Source: a virus
Taxonomy: Duplodnaviria; Caudoviricetes
Virus record (IMG/VR): IMGVR_UViG_3300032281_000616
Coordinates: 64,001-128,000 of that record
Reading direction: 5' to 3' (one strand)
Length of the DNA stretch: 64,000 bases
Shown: positions 56,958-64,000 of the stretch, one piece after another
Position numbering within the stretch: the first letter of the stretch is position 1
How the letters are laid out: the number at the start of each line of letters is the position of its first letter
Position numbers and translations under genes: made by a program
Notes under the pieces: generated by a model
The model's database searches: none
What the model saw: only the letters and a program-made list of their open reading frames with translations
What the model was told of the DNA's origin: nothing

Positions 56958-57102
56958 TCAACAACTAATGAAACAAATCATCAGCATCTTAAAATCCATG
57001 TATGACATGGCTCAAGACGAAAACTGGGATGAATCAGATGCTCAATCTTTGATTATGGATGGTGCTGATTTATACGCAGACTATTTTAGAAATAATAATT
57101 GA
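56947..57102 (+). CDS. hypothetical protein (51 aa, below the ORF-track cutoff)
   Basis: MEIDQQLMKQIISILKSMYDMAQDENWDESDAQSLIMDGADLYADYFRNNN*. Confidence 0.5.
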   Translation: MEIDQQLMKQIISILKSMYDMAQDENWDESDAQSLIMDGADLYADYFRNNN

Positions 57103-57248
57103 ATAATTTCACTTCCTACTGGTCGGGTGGTAGGCTATACGGTATGATTACTTCATTAAATCCGTTACTGTTGCGCCAATGTGAAGGGCAATCCGAAACG
57201 GCTCAGTCTCTAGCTAAAAGGTTCTGATCAAACTGATTGAGACAAACT

Positions 57249-57323
57249 GCGCCAATGATGTAATTGGTAACATAATAGACTTCCACTCTATTCTTTAGGA
57301 TTCGAGTTCCTATTGGCGCACCA
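57249..57323 (+). tRNA. tRNA-Gly (TCC), CCA encoded
   Basis: GCGCCAA/TTGGCGC, ATAGA-CTTCCAC-TCTAT, TAGGA-TTCGAGT-TCCTA. Confidence 0.92.
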
Positions 57324-57325
57324 AT

Positions 57326-57397
57326 TCTCTCTAAGCATAGATAGCGATGCTCTGGCTTTGTAACCCAGATAGGTGAGCGCAAGTCTCACAGGGAGAT
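57326..57397 (+). tRNA. tRNA-Thr (TGT)
   Basis: TCTCTCT/AGGGAGA, GCAT/ATGC D stem, TT-TGT-AA loop, GTGAG/CTCAC T stem. Confidence 0.8.
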
Positions 57398-57402
57398 CAT
57401 TT

Positions 57403-57609
57403 ATGAAAACTTTTTATAGAGTAGTTTGTGACGAACATAAACATATGTGTAAAGCTTTAATGATAGAAAATCATGATTGTTCTTTAGAAGATTCAAATAA
57501 AAATTTGGCTATTTGGTTGAAATATCACCATGGTTGTAATTTGAGATTGGTTCATAGTGAACAAGCACTAGATCAGCTATTATGCGAATATGATGATTAC
57601 ATAAAATAA
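57403..57609 (+). CDS. hypothetical protein
   Basis: MKTFYRVVCDEHK...; ATG after tRNA-Thr. Confidence 0.6.
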   Translation: MKTFYRVVCDEHKHMCKALMIENHDCSLEDSNKNLAIWLKYHHGCNLRLVHSEQALDQLLCEYDDYIK

Positions 57610-57610
57610 T

Positions 57611-57928
57611 ATGAATGTAGAAATTAAAGAAGTTTATGCTGCTTATGAGACAGTAGATGACTATGGTCGTCTCGGAAGTTGTAGAGGAATATTCACATCT
57701 AGAAGTGGGGCAGATAAAGAAGCTATTGGAATAGGGTGGTGGGATGGTATAGGATCAGTAATAGCTAAAAATGTTATAATTGTTGATGGTGTTGTTTATT
57801 TACTTGAGTCTCCAACGCCTGTAGAATTGGATGTTAGTAGTGAAGAAGCCAAAGCAGCGAGAGAAAAGATCAAAGCTTCTGCATTAGCTAAACTTAGTGT
57901 GGATGAAAGAAGGGTATTGGGGGTGTAG
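57611..57928 (+). CDS. hypothetical protein
   Basis: 105 aa ORF. Confidence 0.7.
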   Translation: MNVEIKEVYAAYETVDDYGRLGSCRGIFTSRSGADKEAIGIGWWDGIGSVIAKNVIIVDGVVYLLESPTPVELDVSSEEAKAAREKIKASALAKLSVDERRVLGV

Positions 57929-57932
57929 TAAA

Positions 57933-58031
57933 ATGTGGTGTAACTGTAAAAATAATAACATGGATAATTTAGAATATTTGTGTCCGAATTGTCACAATAT
58001 AGAAACATATAAAAATTGTTCAGTGGATTGA
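57933..58031 (+). pseudogene. HNH endonuclease remnant (32 aa)
   Basis: NNNMDNLEYLCPNCH matches the C-terminal half of the HNH motif. Confidence 0.55.
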
Positions 58032-58070
58032 AGTAATCCTGAAAGGTTGGCGCGATACCAACACTGAGCG
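58018..58070 (+). ncRNA. 53 nt mini-tRNA-like element (acceptor, one hairpin, T arm)
   Basis: GTTCAGT/ACTGAGC, GGATT-GAAGT-AATCC, GTTGG-CGCGATA-CCAAC. Confidence 0.55.
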
Positions 58071-58076
58071 GCATTA

Positions 58077-58358
58077 ATGATTGACTTCATCATAACAGCG
58101 TGTATAATACTTTTATTCATTGGAGAACCTATATACGATAAAGGACATATTATGAAATTTAGAATAGTGCAGAAACATAACGGTGTGGATTATTATTACA
58201 TAATTCAACAACGATGGCTCTTATTTTGGAAGAAGCCATGGGATCACTATCTCACCTCAAATTTTCATTCTTGTAAATGTTGTGAAAAGGCTATAGATGA
58301 TTTTGAATTGAAGTTAAAAACTAATCATGTAATTTTAGAAAAAACAATTGAGGATTAG
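58077..58358 (+). CDS. hypothetical protein
   Basis: 93 aa ORF; stop lies inside tRNA-Gln. Confidence 0.55.
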   Translation: MIDFIITACIILLFIGEPIYDKGHIMKFRIVQKHNGVDYYYIIQQRWLLFWKKPWDHYLTSNFHSCKCCEKAIDDFELKLKTNHVILEKTIED

Positions 58359-58419
58359 CATAATGGCAATGCTCCCGACTTTGACTCGGGCTATAAAGGT
58401 TCGATTCCTTTATCCTCTG
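58349..58419 (+). tRNA. tRNA-Gln (TTG)
   Basis: GAGGAT/ATCCTC, CCCGA-CTTTGAC-TCGGG, AAAGG-TTCGATT-CCTTT, G73. Confidence 0.9.
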
Positions 58420-58446
58420 CATTAAACACTAGAATATAATACTGAC

Positions 58447-58632
58447 ATGTGGTATCCACTTAACATACATAAAAATGAAGAAGTGAATTGTGGGGGAGAA
58501 ATTCTATTTTGGGATTACTCCTGCTACGAACCCGATTGTGCTTGTGGGTATGCTGATTATTATTGGAGATGTGAAGAGTGTGGAGAAATCTTTGATTGGG
58601 AAGATATGGATAAATTTGAAAAAGAAGATTGA
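58447..58632 (+). CDS. small Cys-rich hypothetical protein
   Basis: 61 aa ORF; TATAAT 7 nt before the ATG. Confidence 0.6.
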   Translation: MWYPLNIHKNEEVNCGGEILFWDYSCYEPDCACGYADYYWRCEECGEIFDWEDMDKFEKED

Positions 58633-58638
58633 TAAATT

Positions 58639-58881
58639 ATGAAAAAGAAAACAAACTACATACAATGCTCACTTTTAAAAAATGAGAATATCCACCACAT
58701 GGCATGGATTCCAGAAAGGTTTGCTGTTATTGGAAATTATATTAAAATTAAAAAGGATGATGGATCTTGGGATGATGGATGGAAAGTCACTGGTGATGGA
58801 GAACGAAGAATTCTTACAGCTAAGGATGCTGATCAACAATCACAACTTTACAAGAAAACAAGAAAAGCTTCAGATATATGA
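58639..58881 (+). CDS. hypothetical protein
   Basis: 80 aa ORF. Confidence 0.65.
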   Translation: MKKKTNYIQCSLLKNENIHHMAWIPERFAVIGNYIKIKKDDGSWDDGWKVTGDGERRILTAKDADQQSQLYKKTRKASDI

Positions 58882-59123
58882 ATTTGACAATTAAAGATAT
58901 TATCAAAGATAATAGTGTAAAATTTAGAGAATACAGAAAAGGTATTTTATATTATCAGATTGTAATTATGAATGATGTGTCTATAGAGGATGCTGGTTTA
59001 TACACATTCCCAGTTCCATTAGAAGATTGTGGAGACGCTACATTCAAAGCTTCTGATAAAGCTATCATGTTTATGAGGTATATTAGAAAAGCTTTGGATG
59101 AAGGAACATTCGTGAAGATTTAA
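58878..59123 (+). CDS. hypothetical protein
   Basis: 81 aa ORF (FPVPLEDCGDATF..KAIMFMRYIRKA). Confidence 0.7.
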   Translation: MNLTIKDIIKDNSVKFREYRKGILYYQIVIMNDVSIEDAGLYTFPVPLEDCGDATFKASDKAIMFMRYIRKALDEGTFVKI

Positions 59124-59169
59124 TATGGAAGAGTATTATACAATGTCATCTGAAATGTTTATTAAATTC

Positions 59170-59542
59170 GGTGATAAAGGACAAAACTCTAGAAAATGAA
59201 TACGGTGGGTTGGAGGATTATCGTGGGGATGATTCTTATGACGAAAAATCAATCTCATTTTACCAATTAAAAAGGTTAGCGGATTTGATTGGTGAAGATT
59301 ATGATTTGAGTGCAGTTACACACTATTCTGGATATTTAGAAGGATGATTAGTTTCTTGGAGTGATGTGAATCCAGAATACGAAAAAGAATTAAAGGCTTT
59401 CGAGAATAGATTTAATACATATTCGTATAAATTAAAGAAATATGAGGAAATTTTAAATTTATATAATATCTGGAAAAAGGAACGTGAGATAGAAGCTTTG
59501 AAAGAAAAAATCAAAAAGAAAGAAAAGGAATTATCCAAATGA
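59170..59542 (+). pseudogene. Probable gene interrupted by an in-frame TGA (or two short ORFs)
   Basis: ...YSGYLEG*LVSWSDVNPEYEKELKAFE... continues in frame to a stop overlapping the next ATG. Confidence 0.4.
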
Positions 59543-59844
59543 ATATTACACAAGAAATTATAAAAGAACTATATGAACTAGCGTCATGGGAAGGATGTGA
59601 GACTGGTGATCTATGTTATACTTTGATAGACATATATGAAGGTTGTATGAGTTATGCTTCCGACGAATTCCAACAAATATTAAAAAAGGAAATCATAGAA
59701 CAATATAATTTTCTAAAAAAGCAAAAAATGGAAGAAGATATCGAAACGATAGAGCTTATGAATAATATGTCTATTGACGATAAACGAAAACTAGTTTTAG
59801 ATAAACTAACTCAGGAAGATAAAGAAATTTTAGGATTATGTTAA
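59539..59844 (+). CDS. hypothetical protein
   Basis: 101 aa ORF. Confidence 0.65.
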   Translation: MNITQEIIKELYELASWEGCETGDLCYTLIDIYEGCMSYASDEFQQILKKEIIEQYNFLKKQKMEEDIETIELMNNMSIDDKRKLVLDKLTQEDKEILGLC

Positions 59845-60263
59845 AAGTGAAAATTAAACTATTAAATGAATATGCGCAAGTTCCAAAGAGAGCTTTGGAG
59901 AATGACGCTTGTTATGATGTAGTCGCAACATCTAAGAAAGATCTAGGAGATGGACGTATTCAATACGGTCTAGGATTTGCTCTGGAGATTCCAGAGAATA
60001 CACAAGCCGACTTCAGACCCAGAAGTTCAATACATAAGACTGGATTGATTCTATCCAACTCAATCGGAACTATTGATGAAGGTTATCGTGGAGAAATCGG
60101 TGCTGTTTTTTATCATGTAATTCCTTCATTACCACCTTACGAAGTCGGTGATAGAATTTTACAAATGCAAATTCGCTCCAGAGAAGATGTGGATTTTGAA
60201 GTTGTAGACAATTTATCAGATTCGGTTAGAGGAACTGGTGGATACGGTAGCACTGGGAAGTAA
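59838..60263 (+). CDS. dut: Trimeric dUTPase
   Basis: ACYD, RPRSS, GTIDEGYRGEI, RILQ, RGTGGYGSTG. Confidence 0.96.
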   Translation: MLKVKIKLLNEYAQVPKRALENDACYDVVATSKKDLGDGRIQYGLGFALEIPENTQADFRPRSSIHKTGLILSNSIGTIDEGYRGEIGAVFYHVIPSLPPYEVGDRILQMQIRSREDVDFEVVDNLSDSVRGTGGYGSTGK

Positions 60264-60401
60264 CTAAAGATCCCAACTCAAAGCTACATCAGTTCCTTGA
60301 TATTGTCCATCTTCTCCGGTTTTAAATTCTGTAGATACTCTCTGGGGAAGGGGAGCACAAGATAATATCAAGAGAGATGAAATGATCGATAAAATCTTCA
60401 T
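60264..60401 (-). CDS. Small predicted lipoprotein (45 aa), candidate o-spanin-like
   Basis: Manual translation MKILSIISSLLILS-CAPLPQRVSTEFKTGEDGQYQGTDVALSWDL*; last gene of the lysis operon. Confidence 0.55.
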   Translation of the reverse strand: MKILSIISSLLILSCAPLPQRVSTEFKTGEDGQYQGTDVALSWDL

Positions 60402-60414
60402 AAGTGATTGATTA

Positions 60415-62319
60415 TTAAAGGTTAGCGGCTTGAAAATGCATAAAGTCTATATTCCTAGCTTTACCTAAGCTAGTCCAACCCTCTGCTTCGACAATCTTCC
60501 AAAATGGTTCGTATTCAGGTCTAGCTAAAAATGCTTTATCTTTACCCCATTTCAATTGATTTCTATCTGGATCAATATCCACAGCAGCACCCCAGGAGTT
60601 TGATACAACCATACCATCCACAATAAAATTATGGGTATCTTCGACTTCGATATCAAAAACGTCCACAAGTCCTTTTTCGAGATATTTCACATCTTTGACA
60701 CTTTTGTAGATAAAATCTGGAAATAATTCCTCATATCCCATACAGTGAGATGTTCCCTTATTATGTTTAGAATCTTTCACCCTATCGAAATACATTATGT
60801 CCTCAACACATGTAAATATATTATTAGTATCGACCGAAGTAAACATCCACCCGTCTCGCCTATTACACTTAACTCCACATATTTCAGTCTCCCCACCGTT
60901 CCTCTTATCCAATTTCGAATTTCTGAATCCATGGAGAGATAGCAAAAGTCGAAGATTTAGCATTAAATTATACGAGGCACATTTGAAAGAATGTTTAACC
61001 GCCCTACTCGATTTTATTATACACCCATCCGTGTATAAATAACCTCTAATAAATGATCGTTGCTGATCGATAGTTGATGACCAAACTTCGGTGGGAATAT
61101 CTTTATCGAAAGATTTTTTATTATATGGTAAAAACCTTTCCCATATATCTCTTTTGTTTATAATGAACTGTTTTTCATTCTTTTTAATGTTCTCAGAACC
61201 AAAATAATTATCAAATAATTTTTCCGCGTGTTTTCTGATTCTATCACTTTTTGGAATCTGTATAGACATGTATGATGGCGATCCTTTTCGATGATGAATA
61301 CACCCATCACCTATAAACATGCCTAGAATTTCATACCAAGAATCCCAGTTAATATCTCCATCAACTATTGATTTTTTAAGGAAAACTATTTTATCCCCCT
61401 TAATTATATCTTTAGCTTCCACCATCTCTGTCCAATATTTGGCTCTTATTTGACCGTTTTTGTTTTTGTGTTGTATATATTCTGTCGGTTCTAATGTCTT
61501 CTTTTTCAAAACTAAAATTTTATGTTCCGGCGAACAGTCAATATCTCCACCACAAACCACGACTTTTACTAGCGGTTTTTTCCCATTCTCGAAGAAATTT
61601 TTAACCTTTTTTGTGACCAAATTTCCAGATTCGAATGAATAAACATAATCACCGATGGATATATTTTCGATAGGAACAATACCTTTTGGTGTCCACACCG
61701 GAGAACCTTTCGGTAAACAATGCTTACTCCATGAAGATCCACCGCGCATTTTTCTCACATTCAACACACCACCGAATCGATTAAGTCTTAGTTCTTTTAT
61801 TGCATCAATACCATAGTGATCTAAAGTATTTTTGAATATTCTTTGTAGAGAATCATGAACCTTTTCATGACAAGTGATTTTAGAAACCTTAGAATCTAAA
61901 TCCCAAGCTAAAAGCATTTCATATGGTAATTGTAAAGTTGTTTGGTTTGTCCCGACAGCACCATAAAACTTCACCATACTATTATAATCTTGCTTAGGCC
62001 AATCATTATAATGTTTTTTTACATCTACAGATTGAGATACATCAGGTTTCTTAACATGTAGGCTATCTTTTTTAAGCAATTGTTCATAAGCTGATTGAGT
62101 CATGTTACCCCAAAGACCATCAATATTTCCAATGTTTATATTAGATCTCACAGCAGCTACTTGAATTACACCAGTAACTAATTTTTCACCATTCCAAGTA
62201 GTTGGAAAATTGTAATATTTGAAAGCAGCTTCTTTACTTTTTTTACCAAAATCACCATCAATAGTTTCGGTGTAGAAACCAGAGTCTTTTAATATCTTTT
62301 GTGCTAATTTTTCTTTCAT
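60415..62319 (-). CDS. Endolysin: PG-binding domain plus M15 zinc peptidase, interrupted by an intein
   Basis: QKILKDSGFY..IDGDFGKKS PG-binding repeats; spliced SKH|SWGAAVD zinc motif; DFMHFQ third ligand; ATG at 62319 overlaps the upstream stop. Confidence 0.92.
   Translation of the reverse strand: MKEKLAQKILKDSGFYTETIDGDFGKKSKEAAFKYYNFPTTWNGEKLVTGVIQVAAVRSNINIGNIDGLWGNMTQSAYEQLLKKDSLHVKKPDVSQSVDVKKHYNDWPKQDYNSMVKFYGAVGTNQTTLQLPYEMLLAWDLDSKVSKITCHEKVHDSLQRIFKNTLDHYGIDAIKELRLNRFGGVLNVRKMRGGSSWSKHCLPKGSPVWTPKGIVPIENISIGDYVYSFESGNLVTKKVKNFFENGKKPLVKVVVCGGDIDCSPEHKILVLKKKTLEPTEYIQHKNKNGQIRAKYWTEMVEAKDIIKGDKIVFLKKSIVDGDINWDSWYEILGMFIGDGCIHHRKGSPSYMSIQIPKSDRIRKHAEKLFDNYFGSENIKKNEKQFIINKRDIWERFLPYNKKSFDKDIPTEVWSSTIDQQRSFIRGYLYTDGCIIKSSRAVKHSFKCASYNLMLNLRLLLSLHGFRNSKLDKRNGGETEICGVKCNRRDGWMFTSVDTNNIFTCVEDIMYFDRVKDSKHNKGTSHCMGYEELFPDFIYKSVKDVKYLEKGLVDVFDIEVEDTHNFIVDGMVVSNSWGAAVDIDPDRNQLKWGKDKAFLARPEYEPFWKIVEAEGWTSLGKARNIDFMHFQAANL
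60598..61719 (-). mobile_element. 374 aa intein with LAGLIDADG endonuclease domain
   Basis: Starts CLPKGSPVWTP; block B SPEH; ILGMFIGDG and FIRGYLYTDG; ends HNFIVDGMVVSN followed by Ser. Confidence 0.95.
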
Positions 62320-62708
62320 CTGAATTCTGGTTGTTCTGTTTTCTCTACCCAAGATAAAGGAGCATAACTTGGATCATTTGAATATTTATTTACATACTCC
62401 AATACGATATCTTTATTTACTATTGTTTCGTCTATTGTAACTGATGTGAGTCTTTTAGTCTCTTCTTGAACTTCTGTTTCTCTAATAGATTTCACACTAT
62501 AAGCCTTAACCCAAGAATCACCAGATGCTCCTAGAATAAAGAGTGATCCAATTGCTAAGAAAAACTGCATATACGGAGTTGGGTCGAATTGAGCACCCAT
62601 GTATAAGTTTACAAATAATACAGTAAATGCGCAACCAATAAAGATGGCACTCCATATTTGACGAACTGACTTCATAAATTCTGTTTTATCTAGGGGATCT
62701 CTTTTCAT
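62316..62708 (-). CDS. Holin-like membrane protein (2 TM)
   Basis: Two hydrophobic segments and a charged C-terminus, directly upstream of the endolysin. Confidence 0.55.
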   Translation of the reverse strand: MKRDPLDKTEFMKSVRQIWSAIFIGCAFTVLFVNLYMGAQFDPTPYMQFFLAIGSLFILGASGDSWVKAYSVKSIRETEVQEETKRLTSVTIDETIVNKDIVLEYVNKYSNDPSYAPLSWVEKTEQPEFR

Positions 62709-63394
62709 ATTCTAAATTTGGTTAAGGGAAAATAAATCATTAAAATGTTTTTGATCACCAACCAAGCAATAAATGCGGATACTAGACCTATGACCCAATT
62801 TTTGTAAACTTTAGCTGATGCACTAACTTCTTTTTCTTTCGTTAATTGTTTTTTTAGAGACTCTGACTCTTGACTTTTATCTGTTAAATTTTTTGATAGA
62901 TATACATTTTGTTCCCTTAAAGTATAAGCTTCCTCCTCTTTATTATAAGCTAATTTCTCTGTTTTATCTAAAGTATCCTTGATTATCTTTAGAATTTTTT
63001 CTTGATCCTTGGATAGTTTAGATAATTCATCGTTTTGTTTTTCTAAAAACATATTCCTAGCTTCGACTTTTTTCAATTCAGAAATAAGATTCAAAACCTC
63101 TAATTCAGAAATTGCAACCTTGGCTAAAGCCTTTTCTTTCATTTTCTCAGCTTGGGTCAATGCTTCAATTATAGATAATTTCTGATCTGATACCGTTTGT
63201 TTATTTTCCCCTAATTTATCACCTATCTTAACATTATTAATAATAGTTTCATCAACATCAACCTTAGCTTGCTTAACTGTAGGAATTACACTCTCTGTTT
63301 GTTTAGGAGGTGGGGGTATAATAGGATTAGGTAATTCTTTGGGATTACATCCAATGACCACTAATGCTGATAATAATATTAGAATTTTTTTCAT
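62705..63394 (-). CDS. Lipoprotein with coiled coil and C-terminal TM segment (unimolecular spanin-like topology)
   Basis: MKKILILLSALVVIG-C lipobox, Pro-rich linker, long heptads, WVIGLVSAFIAWLVI TM. Confidence 0.6.
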   Translation of the reverse strand: MKKILILLSALVVIGCNPKELPNPIIPPPPKQTESVIPTVKQAKVDVDETIINNVKIGDKLGENKQTVSDQKLSIIEALTQAEKMKEKALAKVAISELEVLNLISELKKVEARNMFLEKQNDELSKLSKDQEKILKIIKDTLDKTEKLAYNKEEEAYTLREQNVYLSKNLTDKSQESESLKKQLTKEKEVSASAKVYKNWVIGLVSAFIAWLVIKNILMIYFPLTKFRI

Positions 63395-63723
63395 CTTGTT
63401 TCTTTAAGTATTTGTTTGATCTCAGCTAAAGAATCTTTAATAACTACAGAATTTTCTTCTAAGCGAACAATACGCCTATCTATAGCATTTCTGTCAGCAT
63501 CTAGAACGGTTTTGGCTGTTGACCAATCGGAGGCAGTGAATTTACTACCAGATACGATAGCAGCAGATAATTCCAATTCCTTTATAGATTTTTCTATATT
63601 AGTTATTCGCTCCATTGCTTGGTTTAAGAACCAAGATGAAACCATAATCGCTATAGACATAATAAATCCCCCTATTTTAAGGACCCAGTTGACAGTTGTA
63701 TCGTGTTTACTTTGTGGAGGCAT
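63391..63723 (-). CDS. Single-TM coiled-coil membrane protein (lysis cassette)
   Basis: N-terminal TM WVLKIGGFIMSIAIMVSSWFL followed by heptads. Confidence 0.5.
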   Translation of the reverse strand: MPPQSKHDTTVNWVLKIGGFIMSIAIMVSSWFLNQAMERITNIEKSIKELELSAAIVSGSKFTASDWSTAKTVLDADRNAIDRRIVRLEENSVVIKDSLAEIKQILKETR

Positions 63724-63793
63724 GACTGTATATGATTATTTATTCAAAATGACTTGATTAAACACTAAACCATGCTTAAATAGTAATCGACTT

Positions 63794-64000
63794 ATGAAAA
63801 AGACAATACTCACACTGATTTTGATGTGCTCCACCTTAATTGGGGCTCAGGTTGAGCAGGGGAAGGCATCATTCTACTCTGTCAAGTGCAACGGTGGAAC
63901 GCATACAGCGAGTGGTGTTCGATTGGTGGATAGCTCTATGACAGCAGCGCACAGAACTTTACCGTTCGGAACTTTAGTGAAGGTAACGAATACTAGAAAT
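63794..64000 (+). CDS. rlpA: RlpA-like (DPBB) lytic transglycosylase/lipoprotein, N-terminal part, runs off the window
   Basis: Not in the ORF track. Signal peptide, then GKASFY...TASG...MTAAHRTLPFGTLVKVTN. Confidence 0.9.
   Translation, partial: MKKTILTLILMCSTLIGAQVEQGKASFYSVKCNGGTHTASGVRLVDSSMTAAHRTLPFGTLVKVTNTRN

Noticed and set aside
59170-59542. Possible stop-codon reassignment (TGA read-through)
   Set aside because: TGA, TAG and TAA all end conserved genes at expected lengths throughout the window, and no suppressor tRNA is present.

Overview
AT-rich 64 kb segment of a large T4-like myophage. No CRISPR array, rRNA or host housekeeping block is present. Left arm, mostly minus strand: replication/recombination genes (gp43 DNA polymerase N-terminus running off the window, a GT-B glycosyltransferase, gp46/gp47, gp55 late sigma, UvsW, UvsY) interrupted by several free-standing homing endonucleases. 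Middle, plus strand: accessory genes (retropepsin-like protease, ABC-type ATPase, PhoH), an island of 5 GT-A glycosyltransferases with an FkbM methyltransferase, gp62, a GroES-like co-chaperonin and a DinG-like helicase. These are followed by the head/neck module (gp15, portal gp20, gp13, fiber, gp4, gp21, gp22, major capsid gp23) and a split gp5-like gene. Right arm: ClpP, class II ribonucleotide reductase, SNF2 helicase, a tRNA array with nine tRNAs and several aberrant tRNA-like RNAs, dUTPase, a lysis cassette with an intein-interrupted M15 endolysin, and the start of an RlpA-like gene. Most notable observations: (1) about 20 genes share an exact TAA(A/G)TA-N5-start-codon grammar, which suggests leaderless late mRNAs; (2) an intein sits inside the zinc-binding motif of the endolysin; (3) a stand-alone mini-gene carries the Gol-like segment of the capsid protein; (4) a tRNA-Pro(UGG) has a class II long variable arm, next to armless tRNA-like RNAs and an S4-domain mini-protein; (5) an ArfA-like motif lies inside a modular prohead-locus protein; (6) recoded gene-end duplications record endonuclease invasions. 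The lipoprotein/spanin-like genes point to a diderm host (inference). All family assignments come from motif recognition by eye, not from database searches.
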